From contig JANOTL010000031.1 in the NCBI GenBank assembly GCA_031416315.1, forward strand, positions 1 through 64,000: DNA of 64,000 nt, in the 5' to 3' direction. Shown piece by piece: positions 1-10,614 of the stretch. The notes under the pieces were generated by a model. It was given only the letters and a program-made list of their open reading frames with translations, made no database searches and had not been told where the DNA came from. The translations under genes were made by a program, and so were the position numbers. The stretch's first letter is position 1, and every line of letters begins with the position of its first letter. This DNA is from Pseudomonadota bacterium (lineage in GTDB: Bacteria; Bdellovibrionota_B; Oligoflexia; Oligoflexales; CAIYRB01).

Positions 1-2
1 GC

Positions 3-1127
3 GACAAGGTCGTCTTACACCAAGTGCCGAGCGGGATCTTCCACCCATCGCAGCGCTGCGCCCTGGCTGCCGGGGTCGTGGTGAACCCGGCACAGCTCGT
101 CGCCGAGCTGGAGAAGATCCGCCCGAAGGTCGGAAAGATCCTGACACCCGAGCGCCTCTGGCTCTCGGCACGCGCGCACGTGATCACCCCTTGGCACATT
201 CATCGCGACGAGCGACGCGAGACGAGCTCGAAAAACCCGATCGGGACGACGAAGCGCGGCATTGGACCGACCTACTCCGAGAAAGCCTCGCGGACGGGCC
301 TGCGTCTCGGCCACTACGTCGACGACGCGGCGCGCGAGCGCTGGGTGGGACGGATGCTGGAGATGGACCCGGAGTTCAAGGCGCATTTCGACGCGAGCGC
401 GGACCAATGGAAGGAGTTCGCCGCGGCGGCCGCCGCCCTGCGGCCTTTCGTGTGCGACGCCGACATGCGGATCCGCAAAGCGGCGGCGGCCGGCGAGCGT
501 CTTCTTCTCGAGGGCGCGCAGGGGACCCTGCTCGACATCGACCACGGGACCTACCCCTTCGTCACCTCGAGCCACACAGGTGCGGGCGGCGCGATGTCCA
601 GCATCGGACTCTCGGCGAAGCACGTGGAGTCCATTATCGGGATCGCGAAGGCCTACGTGACACGCGTGGGCGAGGGCCCCTTCCCTACCGAGCTGAAAGA
701 CGCTGTCGGCGCGGAGATCGCGAAGAAGGGCCACGAGTTCGGCGCGACGACGGGCCGGCCGCGCCGCGTCGGTTGGCTGGACGCCGTCGCCCTGCGCTAC
801 GTCGTCGAGGTCAACGGCCTCGACGGCATCGTCCTCAACAAGCTCGACATCCTGAGCGGCGTCGGCGACCTGAAGATCGCGACGCACTACGAGCATCCGC
901 GGCTCGGGCGGCTCGAGGATCTACCCTGGGACACGGAAGCGCTCGCCGAGTGCAAACCGGTTTACGAGACGTATGCGGGCTGGACGGCCGCGATTCCGGC
1001 CGAGGGCCGCTATGCAGACTTGCCGCCGGAAGCGCTCACTTTCGTGCGCGCGGTGGAGAAACACGGCCGGACGAAAGTGCTGATGATCGGCACGGGCCCG
1101 AATCGCAACGAGGCGCTTTACCCGTGA
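3..1127 (+). CDS. purA: Adenylosuccinate synthetase (5' end outside window)
   Basis: Motifs IGTTKRGIGPTY, EGAQGTLLDIDHGTYPFVTSS, EFGATTGRPRRVGWLD; frame is open from the window edge (DKVVLHQVPSG). Confidence 0.97.
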   Translation, partial: DKVVLHQVPSGIFHPSQRCALAAGVVVNPAQLVAELEKIRPKVGKILTPERLWLSARAHVITPWHIHRDERRETSSKNPIGTTKRGIGPTYSEKASRTGLRLGHYVDDAARERWVGRMLEMDPEFKAHFDASADQWKEFAAAAAALRPFVCDADMRIRKAAAAGERLLLEGAQGTLLDIDHGTYPFVTSSHTGAGGAMSSIGLSAKHVESIIGIAKAYVTRVGEGPFPTELKDAVGAEIAKKGHEFGATTGRPRRVGWLDAVALRYVVEVNGLDGIVLNKLDILSGVGDLKIATHYEHPRLGRLEDLPWDTEALAECKPVYETYAGWTAAIPAEGRYADLPPEALTFVRAVEKHGRTKVLMIGTGPNRNEALYP

Positions 1128-1417
1128 TCGAGCATCTCGTCTTGTTCAAAATGAAGCCCGAGGCCGAAGCCGGTCTGGTCGACCAAATCATCACTGCGCT
1201 GCGGGCGCTGAAGACGAAAGTCCCGAGCGTCGTCGACCTGACGGCGGGACGGAATTTCTCGGCTCGCGCGCAGGGCTATCATTTCGGCCTCACCGTCCGC
1301 TTCAAGGACCTGGCGGGACTCGAGGCGTACGCGATCCATCCCGAGCATCAGGCCGTGGTGACCGGGCTGGTGAAGCCGAACGTGGCCGAGGTCCTGGCCC
1401 TCGACTACGAGATCTGA
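1124..1417 (+). CDS. Dabb family (stress-responsive A/B barrel) protein
   Basis: GTG overlaps the purA stop (GTGA); IEHLVLFK...GRNFS...HFGL.V.F.D...YAIHPEHQ...LDY pattern. Confidence 0.9.
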   Translation: MIEHLVLFKMKPEAEAGLVDQIITALRALKTKVPSVVDLTAGRNFSARAQGYHFGLTVRFKDLAGLEAYAIHPEHQAVVTGLVKPNVAEVLALDYEI

Positions 1418-1426
1418 GCGAGCGCT

Positions 1427-1867
1427 CTAGTGCGCGATCTCCAGGGGCTTGTCGCTTTCGACGACGAGCGCCAGGTTGCGCAGCTCCATCTCGCGGCCGC
1501 GGATGTCCGGAACCACGGTGATCGTCGCCAGGTCGCGCACGGTGTAAAGCACCGACGTGCCGGGCTTCAAGTCGATGTACTTCACGCGATCCGAGTTCCG
1601 GTCGTAGATCGAGATGCGTACCGGCTGCGAAGCGCCGTCGGTCGACATGGCGCGGAAGCTGATCGACTGCGGCAGGTCCGTACCCGTGAGCATGACTCTC
1701 GACGTGATCGGCACGATCGTCGTCGCCGGACGAGGGATGGTGACGCTCTTGCCGGTCGGCAAGCTGCTCAGCATGAAGCCGGAGATTTTCGCCTGCGCGT
1801 GCGCGGCGGAGCTCGCTAGGGTCAATGCGAAAGTCGTGGCGAGACCCATCAAAGATGCGAGCTTCAT
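1427..1867 (-). CDS. Hypothetical secreted protein
   Basis: GGAG RBS, signal peptide (ASSAAHA/Q), genome-like codon usage. Confidence 0.75.
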   Translation of the reverse strand: MKLASLMGLATTFALTLASSAAHAQAKISGFMLSSLPTGKSVTIPRPATTIVPITSRVMLTGTDLPQSISFRAMSTDGASQPVRISIYDRNSDRVKYIDLKPGTSVLYTVRDLATITVVPDIRGREMELRNLALVVESDKPLEIAH

Positions 1868-2066
1868 CCTGACTCCCTGGCGCTCTGGCGCGGCGGTGAT
1901 CCGTCCTTTGATTGTATGGGAGGGGGGACCTGGGCGGCAAGCGGCTCGGCCGCAGGCGCACAGATCGGCCTGACGACTGAGGAATCCTCGCGTTTTTGGG
2001 AATTAGCCGCAGGCCTTGGGCCAAGGTCCGGTCGCGAACGTGCCGAAGCGCTTCATGGGAGGATCC

Positions 2067-3890
2067 ATGCTGCCCTCGGCTCTCGCCGCCGCTCTCACCG
2101 CCTTCTCGCTCTGCGGAGCGATCACCTCGGCGCGCGCAGAGAATGCCGACGAGTACTTGGCGACTCTGCAGATTGCGACAGCGCCCGGCCTGAGCCTCAC
2201 AGCCTCTGACGAGCTGATCGGACGCTACGGACTCTCGGCGCGCGAGATTCTGCTCACGCTCGCGCCGCACCTCGAAGGGGCGACGCTCGAGCTGGCCTCG
2301 ATGCCCACGGGCGCGGACGGCAGCACGGTCCACGAGGACTACCGCTTGAAGTTCGGCGCCCACGAGATCGCCGACGCCTATCTCAGGCTCGCCCACCATC
2401 GTAACCAGCTCGTGATGTTGCGCGCGAAGCTCCCGGCGTTTCGCTTACCCGCCGAAGCTTTTGCCGCAAGCGACTTCGTGCCCCTGGCAGCGCTGGGGTT
2501 CGAGGCCAACGGCGTCGTCAAAGCGGTGATCGCGGAAAGTAGCGGGCTCGCAGCGCCAGCGTGGCTGCAGACCAAGCGCGCCCATGGCTTCGAGCGCGCG
2601 AGCGAGACGCTCGTCGACGCGCAAACGGGCGCCATTCTCGCCGAGCGCGAGGTCGCATTCGACTTGCAGGACGGAGCGCTCGCCATCAAAGCGATGGTTT
2701 ACGCGCGCGGGCCGAACGACGGGGCGCTCGTCGAAGTGAGCCTGCCGGAGTTGCCGCCGACCGGCTGGCTCGACGGACCGCACTTTCGCGTCTATGCGCC
2801 CGACGAGAGCGATCCACGCGTTCAAGCGCGCGACCTGCGCTTCAATCTGCGACCGGACGACCCAGTCGACAGCGTGCAGTTCGACCAGGTGCAGGCCTAC
2901 TACGGGGCCATGAAGGCGCTCGACTTTTTTCGCGCCCGCTTCGGGTATGACCCCGGGACGATGTCGCTCGCCGTGCGGGTGAACCTGGGCGGGAGCCAGG
3001 CGGACAACGCGGCGTACACGCCGCCGCCGATCGGACCAGAAATTCTGATCGGGCGAGGCGAAGACCTCTATCGCAATCTGGCGCGCGAGGTCGACGTCCT
3101 CGTGCACGAGTTCGCCCACCACGTGATCTATCGCTTTCTGACGCGGGCGAATGGCGAATCGGGCATCGTACACGAAGGGACGGCGGACTTTTTCGCGTAT
3201 GCGCAAGCCGGCGATCCCTTCCTCGGCGAGAGCGTCGTGCCTGGAGGGCGTTTCTTGCGGACGGCAGCGCTCGCGGCGAGCGACCGCTACGACACGCTCG
3301 AATCGTGGCGCGACGGCCATTTTCGCGGCCAGTACTGGTCGGCGGTCCTGTGGGAGCTCCGGCAGCGGATCGGCGCGGAGGCTTGGGACAGGACCGTGTA
3401 TGAAGCGCTTCCCTATCTAGGACCAGCGAGCGGTCTGCGCGATGCCTTTCTGGCCCTCTTCAACGCCGATCGGGATCTGGCGCCCCTGCCCGAAGGCAAC
3501 CCGGAGCGAGCGAGCTACGGCCTCCACAAGTGCATGATCCTCGAAGCGGGCATCGCCCGGGGCTTCGCGGTCGCCCTCGAGGGAATCGACGGCAGCGGCT
3601 GCGGCTTCAACCTGAAGCAGCTGGCGAAGGACAGCCGCGCGCTCACCGACAAGGCGAACGGCAAGCGCGAAGGCAAGCGCGACGGCGTGAAGGTGAGCCT
3701 CTTCGGCAAGAGCTGCTCGACCGTCGGTCTCGCCGAGCTGAGAGGTCGCATGCCGGAAATTCTGCAAGACGACGACGTCGCCGACCCGCGGCACGGGGCG
3801 CCGTTCCTTCTTTGGCTCTTGGCGATGCCCGTCTTGGCGGGGGTCGTGTCGTCGGCCGTCTCGGGGAGAGGCAGAGGCGATGGACCTTGA
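2067..3890 (+). CDS. Secreted M4/M36-like zinc metallopeptidase with C-terminal hydrophobic anchor
   Basis: GGAGG RBS before ATG 2067, signal peptide, propeptide-like region, DNAAY, HEFAH and HEGTADF motifs. Confidence 0.85.
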   Translation: MLPSALAAALTAFSLCGAITSARAENADEYLATLQIATAPGLSLTASDELIGRYGLSAREILLTLAPHLEGATLELASMPTGADGSTVHEDYRLKFGAHEIADAYLRLAHHRNQLVMLRAKLPAFRLPAEAFAASDFVPLAALGFEANGVVKAVIAESSGLAAPAWLQTKRAHGFERASETLVDAQTGAILAEREVAFDLQDGALAIKAMVYARGPNDGALVEVSLPELPPTGWLDGPHFRVYAPDESDPRVQARDLRFNLRPDDPVDSVQFDQVQAYYGAMKALDFFRARFGYDPGTMSLAVRVNLGGSQADNAAYTPPPIGPEILIGRGEDLYRNLAREVDVLVHEFAHHVIYRFLTRANGESGIVHEGTADFFAYAQAGDPFLGESVVPGGRFLRTAALAASDRYDTLESWRDGHFRGQYWSAVLWELRQRIGAEAWDRTVYEALPYLGPASGLRDAFLALFNADRDLAPLPEGNPERASYGLHKCMILEAGIARGFAVALEGIDGSGCGFNLKQLAKDSRALTDKANGKREGKRDGVKVSLFGKSCSTVGLAELRGRMPEILQDDDVADPRHGAPFLLWLLAMPVLAGVVSSAVSGRGRGDGP

Positions 3891-4953
3891 GAAGATCCTG
3901 AAGGTCGCCGTCCGCGGCGGCGCCAGCGACGTCCTGCTGAAGACCGGCGCCGTGCCACGCTTCCGTTTCAACGGCGAGCTCGTGAGTCTTTCCGACGGCC
4001 TGCCGATCACGGCCGAGACCATGCAAGCCTGGATCGCCCTGGTGATGCCGCAGCACTTGGCGCGGCGTCTCCAGGCGTCCGGCGACGCCGACTTCGCGTT
4101 TCAAAGCCAGGCGGGCCATCGCTTTCGAGTCAACCTCTTCCGCCAACGCCAGAGCTACGGCATGGTCCTGCGCGTCATCTCGGGGCACATCCGGACGATC
4201 GAGGAGCTGCAGCTGCCGCAGATTCTGCACGCGCTCGTGAACGAAAAGCGCGGCCTGATCCTCGTGACGGGCGCAACCGGCAGCGGCAAGACGACGACGC
4301 TTGCGGCAATGATCCAGAAAATCAATCTCGAGCGTGCGGCGCACATCATCACCATCGAGGACCCGATCGAGTTCAACTTCAAGGACGAGAGGTCGACGGT
4401 GACCCAGCGCGAGGTCGGGATCGACTCCGAGTCCTTCCAGGCGGCTCTACGCGCGGCCTTGCGGCAGAACCCGGACGTGATCTTAGTCGGCGAGCTCCGC
4501 GACAAGGAGACGACCGAGACGGCGCTGATGGCGGCCGAGACGGGACACCTCGTGCTGTCGACCTTGCACACCAACGACGCCGTGGAGAGCATGTCACGGC
4601 TGATGTCGTACTTTCCGACCAGCCAGCATCTAGCGCTACGTCAGATGCTCGGCCACTCGTTGCGCGCCGTGGTGAGCCAGAGGCTCGTGCCGCGGCTCGA
4701 CGGACGTGCCGTCGTCGCGGCGATCGAGGTCCTCGTCGCGAACGCGGCGGTGCGCGAGATCTTGATGAAGTCCGAAAGCTTCGACGGACTTTACACGGCG
4801 TTACGCACCGGCGGCGCCACCTACGGCATGCAGTCTTTCGACGACTCGCTCCTCGCGCTGTATCACGCGGGTGTGATCACGAAGGAGACGGCCCTGGCGC
4901 AGGCGACGAGGCGTGACGACCTTGAGTTGAAGATACGCGGCGTCGGCGCTTAG
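3880..4953 (+). CDS. pilT: PilT/PilU family type IV pilus retraction ATPase
   Basis: Walker A GATGSGKTT, TIEDPIE, ALRQNPDVILVGELRD, TGHLVLSTLHT; the AIRNLIRE motif is degenerate (AVREILMK), so it may be a paralog. Confidence 0.92.
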   Translation: MDLEKILKVAVRGGASDVLLKTGAVPRFRFNGELVSLSDGLPITAETMQAWIALVMPQHLARRLQASGDADFAFQSQAGHRFRVNLFRQRQSYGMVLRVISGHIRTIEELQLPQILHALVNEKRGLILVTGATGSGKTTTLAAMIQKINLERAAHIITIEDPIEFNFKDERSTVTQREVGIDSESFQAALRAALRQNPDVILVGELRDKETTETALMAAETGHLVLSTLHTNDAVESMSRLMSYFPTSQHLALRQMLGHSLRAVVSQRLVPRLDGRAVVAAIEVLVANAAVREILMKSESFDGLYTALRTGGATYGMQSFDDSLLALYHAGVITKETALAQATRRDDLELKIRGVGA

Positions 4954-5999
4954 CGAACTTTCAGCAACAGCACCAGCAGGACGAGCGTCAACATCACCTG
5001 GATGATGACGAACCGCACGAGCACCTGCGGATTCGACCAGCCCTTGTTGTGGCGCACGTGGTCGTGCAGCGGAAAGCGGATGGTTCGGAAGATGGAGATC
5101 TTGAAGAAGCGCAGGAGCGCGACCTTCAAGAGGCCAGTACCCCCGTTCACGAGGACGACCGCCGAGCAGATCAAGATCAAAAAGGGGTTGCCGCTCTTCA
5201 GGACGAAAACGCCGAGAAGAAAGCCGATCGCGCGCGAGCCGGCGTCGCCCATGAGGAGCATCGACGGGTTGGCGTTGTACCAGAGGTAGGCGACGAGCGT
5301 CCCCACCATCGAGAAGGCCATCATCCCCCAGGTGGAGCCGTCGGGGTGATGCGGCAGGAGCAGATAGGTGGCGATCTCGCGGTGGCCGAGGACGAAGTAA
5401 AGGATCCCGCCGAGACAGGTGAAGGCGATCGCCGTCAGCGTGCCCGAAAGGGCGTCGACGCCATCGGTGCAGTTCGTCGAGTTGATCGCCCACCAGATGA
5501 GGACGGTGCCGAACGGGATGAACTGCCAAGGCGGCATCATGTAGGTCGACTTGGCGAACGGGAACCAGATCTCCGTCGGCAGCATCTCGCAGACGACGGC
5601 GGAGGTGCCGGCGGCGAGGAGGAGATCGATGATCCCCTTCTTGTATTCGCCCCATGAATCCATGGACTTATCGTCGAACCAGCCTGAGAGCATCGCAAGG
5701 AAGGTCAGGGCCAGGATCGACAGCGGCTGCACCGATGGCGGAAGGACGAGGAACTGCACGAGAATGAAGACGGTGACGAAGATGATCCCTGCGCCCGTGG
5801 GCTTACCCTGGGCCGCGCCGGATTGGACCGCATGGGCGCGGCCTCGGTCACGAGGCAGACGATTCATCAAGCGCGGCAGCGCGATGAAGGTGATCAGGAA
5901 GCTCAGGACGAGGCTCACGGCGCCAAGGAAGAGGCGCGAGGTGAACAGCCTCAAGGGACCGAAGCTCGCCTGGAAGAATTCCCCGATGAGATAGAGCAA
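4950..5999 (-). CDS. mraY: Phospho-N-acetylmuramoyl-pentapeptide transferase (MraY family)
   Basis: KPTGAG, WFDDK, NCTDGVD, MGDAGS, PLHDH motifs; multiple TM segments. Confidence 0.88.
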   Translation of the reverse strand: MLYLIGEFFQASFGPLRLFTSRLFLGAVSLVLSFLITFIALPRLMNRLPRDRGRAHAVQSGAAQGKPTGAGIIFVTVFILVQFLVLPPSVQPLSILALTFLAMLSGWFDDKSMDSWGEYKKGIIDLLLAAGTSAVVCEMLPTEIWFPFAKSTYMMPPWQFIPFGTVLIWWAINSTNCTDGVDALSGTLTAIAFTCLGGILYFVLGHREIATYLLLPHHPDGSTWGMMAFSMVGTLVAYLWYNANPSMLLMGDAGSRAIGFLLGVFVLKSGNPFLILICSAVVLVNGGTGLLKVALLRFFKISIFRTIRFPLHDHVRHNKGWSNPQVLVRFVIIQVMLTLVLLVLLLKVR

Positions 6000-6057
6000 G
6001 GGCGCAGGGTCCTAGATTATCGGAATGAGTCACGATATCCGATTTCCAGGACAGTTG

Positions 6058-6996
6058 TCAGCCTTCGCCGAGGCCTTTTTCGCGCAGACGCTCGATGAGC
6101 TGGCGTACGAGGGGCTCGACGCCGCGGTCTCGGCGGAAGACGAGGCGGAAGCGTTCGGGCGTGAGATCGAGGGTTGGCAGGACGAGGGCCAAGCGCTCGG
6201 CGCCGATCTGCGCTTGAACGAGTGAGCGCGGGAGGATCGCGACGCCGAATCCCGAGAGCGTGGCCGCGGCGACGTTGCTCAGGGTGCCGAGGAACCAAAC
6301 GGAGTCGAAACGAACGGAGGCGCGCGCTTCGACCTCGATGCGCGCGAGCAGCGAGAACGATCGGTCGAGCTCCAGGAGCGTCTGGGGGCGAAGGTCCTCC
6401 GGCGTCAGGATCCTCGCGGCGAGGTCCGGCGTGGCGACGAAGACGTAGTCGTCCTCGCCGACGTCGAGGGAGCCGTAGGAACCGAGGGGCGCGGGTGCCG
6501 AGGTCAAGCAGGCGTCGATGGCTCCGGCGTCGAGAAGGCCGACGAGCTCGTCGCCCGAGCCGACGAGGAGGTGAAAGGCCAGTTGAGGCGAGACGTGGCG
6601 CAGCGCGCTGAGGGCCGGCCAAAGCCAGCGCTGACCGACGGACGGCGAGGCGCCGATGGTGACGGCGGTGTCCTGCGCATGGGTCGAGACCTCATGCATG
6701 AGGGCGAGCGCGTCGGCGGCCTTGATGCAGATCGCACGGCCTTCCTTCGTCAACTTCACGTGGCGGCCGACCTTGGCGAGCATTGGCTCGGCGAAGACGC
6801 GCTCGATCTTGCGCACGCGCTGCGTGATCGCTGGCTGCGTCAGGCCGAGCTGCTTTGCCGTCGCAGCGACCGTGTGGCCCTCGAGCAAATGCTTCAAGAG
6901 GAAGAGATCGTCGAAGTCGAGAAGACGCAGGCGATTGCCGGCCGATTTGCCTTCGGCCGGCGCGTGCTTCTTGAGGTCGAGGTCCTTGTTCCTCAT
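6058..6996 (-). CDS. LysR family transcriptional regulator
   Basis: HTH TVAATAKQLGLTQPAITQRVRKIE...VKLTKEG; about 310 aa. Confidence 0.92.
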   Translation of the reverse strand: MRNKDLDLKKHAPAEGKSAGNRLRLLDFDDLFLLKHLLEGHTVAATAKQLGLTQPAITQRVRKIERVFAEPMLAKVGRHVKLTKEGRAICIKAADALALMHEVSTHAQDTAVTIGASPSVGQRWLWPALSALRHVSPQLAFHLLVGSGDELVGLLDAGAIDACLTSAPAPLGSYGSLDVGEDDYVFVATPDLAARILTPEDLRPQTLLELDRSFSLLARIEVEARASVRFDSVWFLGTLSNVAAATLSGFGVAILPRSLVQAQIGAERLALVLPTLDLTPERFRLVFRRDRGVEPLVRQLIERLREKGLGEG

Positions 6997-7074
6997 TTCG
7001 CTGAGGTCTCACATGTCTGCGGGTTTTAGGTTCCGCAGCGCTTGAGCAGCTTCCGTGCCACTCGTGAGCTTCAT

Positions 7075-7110
7075 ATAACGATTCGGAATGCTTTGACTTA
7101 TTAGATTTCC
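7075..7110. promoter_or_regulatory. Candidate LysR (T-N11-A) binding site and promoter region
   Basis: ATAACGATTCGGAAT (7075-7089) followed by TTGACT and an AT-rich tract upstream of the LysR gene; no clean -10 found. Confidence 0.45.
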
Positions 7111-7129
7111 TACGGGGTTCTGATGCCCC

Positions 7130-7317
7130 GGACGTCAGGTCCCTACGCAGTCACTGACTACTTCGTGAGCAAAGCAACGCGCATAACGTGGGGCGACGCG
7201 TCGACATTAGGTTTGCTAATTGGGGGTTTGCGTCGCGGCGCTCGTATCATGATCATGAACGTCAGAGTTCACTCGGGTGGTGGCAAGCTTCGGCTTGGGG
7301 GGGAAACCATCTGATCC
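7130..7317 (+). ncRNA. 6S-like structured RNA
   Basis: Ends pair (GGAcgTCAG / CTGATCC); GTGAGC 7165-7170 pairs with GTTCAC 7267-7272; central bubble; apical stem GCGACGCG/TGCGTCGC with ATTAG/CTAAT; alternative TGAAC-N6-GTTCA hairpin; C(UUCG)G tetraloop; about 190 nt followed by a terminator-like hairpin. Confidence 0.6.
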
Positions 7318-7319
7318 AT

Positions 7320-7360
7320 GCCTCGGCGGCCGGGTGAAACCGGCCGTCGAGGCAATTTTC
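7320..7360 (+). terminator. Intrinsic terminator hairpin, possibly bidirectional
   Basis: GCCTCGGCGGCCGG-gtgaaa-CCGGCCGTCGAGGC then AATTTT; lies between the ncRNA and a convergent gene. Confidence 0.7.
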
Positions 7361-8399
7361 AGATCGGATGGCCCAAAGCCCGCGCGTATTGCTCCGCGAA
7401 CGCGAAGGTGCCGAACATTCCGCCGGTGTGCACGAAGAGGATCTCGTCGCCGAAGGCCGAGGGTGCGGCCTCGAGCTCGACGACCATGCCGCGGAACGCC
7501 TTGCCGGTGTAGACCGGGTCCAAGAGGAGGCCTTCCTCGCGGGCCAAGGCGACGTACCAAAGAAAGTCGGCGTCGCTCGTGGCGGCATAGCCGGCGCCAA
7601 AATGGCCGTCGAAAATCTGAAGCTGCGAGGTCTGCGAGCGGAGTCCGTATTCGGCGGCGGTGGCCTCGATCAAGGCGCCAACACGCTTTTTGAAATACGC
7701 GGCGCTGTCGCAGACGTTGACGGCGTATAGCGAGCTCGTCGCGAGCTTCTGTGCTTCGAGGCCCAAGTGAAGGCCGGCGAGCGTGCCGCCGCTGCCAAGC
7801 GCGCAGAAGATCGCGGTGGGCGCGGCCCGCTTGGCGCTCGAGGCGCGCCAAGCGACGAGCATCTCCTCGATGCCTTCGACGTAGCCGAAGCAGCCGAGGG
7901 GGCCGCTACCACCTTCGGGGATAATGTAGGGCGTCTCGTTTTCCCTGCGAGCGTCCTCTGCCGCTTCTTCGAGGAAGCTGTCGTAGCTAGAGCCGCGCTT
8001 CTGGTAATCCTCGAGCTCGATGAAGCGAAAGTGCGCGCCCGCGATTTTCGTTAGTAGGAAGTTTCCCTGAGAGATCGGACCGGCACCCAGGGCCTCCATG
8101 CCGGCGGCTGGCTTACGGACGACGACGGTGCAAGTGAGGCCAAGGCGGCGTGCGACCCATGCAGTGGCGCGCGCATGATTCGACTGCGGCCCGCCGCAGG
8201 TGATGAGGCGCGTAGCGCCCTTTGCGATCGCGTCGGCAGCGTAGAACTCGAGCTTGCGGATCTTGTTTCCCGATTCGAGCGAGCCGGTCCAATCGTCGCG
8301 CCAGACGAAGATGTCGGCGGGGAGATTTTTCGAGAGGCGCTCGAGCTTCACAATCGGAGTCGGGCGGTGCGCTAACGAGATCCGTTGAGGGTTGGGCAC
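7359..8399 (-). CDS. dcyD: D-cysteine desulfhydrase / ACC deaminase family PLP enzyme
   Basis: GNKIRKLE, CGGPQSNHARATA, IPEGGS, GSGGT, LDPVYTGKA, HTGG. Confidence 0.9.
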   Translation of the reverse strand: MPNPQRISLAHRPTPIVKLERLSKNLPADIFVWRDDWTGSLESGNKIRKLEFYAADAIAKGATRLITCGGPQSNHARATAWVARRLGLTCTVVVRKPAAGMEALGAGPISQGNFLLTKIAGAHFRFIELEDYQKRGSSYDSFLEEAAEDARRENETPYIIPEGGSGPLGCFGYVEGIEEMLVAWRASSAKRAAPTAIFCALGSGGTLAGLHLGLEAQKLATSSLYAVNVCDSAAYFKKRVGALIEATAAEYGLRSQTSQLQIFDGHFGAGYAATSDADFLWYVALAREEGLLLDPVYTGKAFRGMVVELEAAPSAFGDEILFVHTGGMFGTFAFAEQYARALGHPI

Positions 8400-8442
8400 G
8401 CTTCACCTCGGAAGAATGGAAAAGTTTTGGCATCATAGCAAA

Positions 8443-8769
8443 ATGGTGGAACGAGCTCCTGTCTGGGTCAGGCTTTACGTGCTGCGCGAGGTGGCAGGCC
8501 GCGTCGCGTTCTGGGCGCGCCGCGTCGGCGACGCTCGGGAAGCGCCAAAGACCCTGGTTATGGTTAGTGAGCAGCCGGTCGAAGCGGCGATGCGGCTTTA
8601 CGACGTGCTGGCGGACGCCGCGGGAGTCGGGTTGGTGGCGCCGCCGTTCGCTTACCGGCGGCGCGGGCAGCATGCGGGGGTATGGCACTTCGAGACGGAG
8701 GCTGAAGGCCTCTGGCCGGAGACGGCTGGAGAGTGTGACTGGCAGCCTTACGCTGACCCATTTCGATGA
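8443..8769 (+). CDS. Hypothetical protein
   Basis: ORF fills the gap upstream of the thioesterase; start uncertain. Confidence 0.5.
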   Translation: MVERAPVWVRLYVLREVAGRVAFWARRVGDAREAPKTLVMVSEQPVEAAMRLYDVLADAAGVGLVAPPFAYRRRGQHAGVWHFETEAEGLWPETAGECDWQPYADPFR

Positions 8770-8780
8770 GGTCCTGACCT

Positions 8781-9341
8781 ATGTACCCAGTGCTGCGAAC
8801 GCTCATGGTGTGGTGGCGCGCACGGTCGGCCCCGCCGTGCAAGGTGTCGGACCGGGTCGAGACGCGCCTCACCGTGTCGCCTTTCGACCTCGATCTGAAC
8901 CTGCACATGAACAACGGCCGCTTTCTGACGCTGATGGATCTCGGTCGTTACGACATGATCTTTCGCGCCGGGCTCCTGCCGGAGGTGCGCAGGCGCGGCT
9001 GGTTTCCCGTGCTGGCGACGGCGAGCATCCGCTTTCGGCGGTCGTTGCGCGCGTTCGAGAAGATCACCTTGACGACGCAGATCGTCTACTGGGACGAGAA
9101 ATGGTTCTACTTCCAGCAAGAGGTTCACCGTGGCACGGCAGAGGGCGAGCTCGCCTCGCAGGCCGTGGTAAAGGGCCTCTTTCGCGACGCCAAGGGGCCC
9201 GTGCCGATCGCGCAGATGCTCGAGGTGTTCGGAGTGGGAGCGCTCGAGCGGCCGCCGATGCCGGACTTGGTTCGCTACGGCGTCGAGCCGAAGACAGCGT
9301 CGGCGGCAGTGCCGATCGTTTCTGGCGCTCAGCCGCCGTGA
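8781..9341 (+). CDS. Acyl-CoA thioesterase (hotdog fold, 4HBT-like)
   Basis: DLDLNLHMNNGRFLTLMDLGR, IRFRRSL, WDEKWFYFQQ. Confidence 0.9.
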   Translation: MYPVLRTLMVWWRARSAPPCKVSDRVETRLTVSPFDLDLNLHMNNGRFLTLMDLGRYDMIFRAGLLPEVRRRGWFPVLATASIRFRRSLRAFEKITLTTQIVYWDEKWFYFQQEVHRGTAEGELASQAVVKGLFRDAKGPVPIAQMLEVFGVGALERPPMPDLVRYGVEPKTASAAVPIVSGAQPP

Positions 9342-9349
9342 ATAAAGAG

Positions 9350-9385
9350 GACCCGGATATCATGGCAAGCCCATGATACCGGGTC
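9350..9385. terminator. Hairpin between convergent thioesterase and recA
   Basis: GACCCGG(A)TATCATGG-caagc-CCATGATACCGGGTC inverted repeat. Confidence 0.7.
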
Positions 9386-9417
9386 GTATTTTCAAAATGC
9401 CGCGATGTTTCTAGAAA

Positions 9418-10613
<1,196 letters not shown>

Positions 10614-10614
<1 letters not shown>

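Noticed and set aside
6025..6225. 66-aa ORF on the + strand
   Set aside because: Antisense shadow of the LysR 3' end.
7166..7205. c-di-GMP-I riboswitch-like GCAAA...GACGC
   Set aside because: It lacks the GNRA-capped stem and the following AAAGC/receptor stem.
7123..7314. 63-aa ORF as the LysR target
   Set aside because: No RBS, atypical codon usage and no recognisable motif; RNA structure explains the region better, though a peptide is not excluded.
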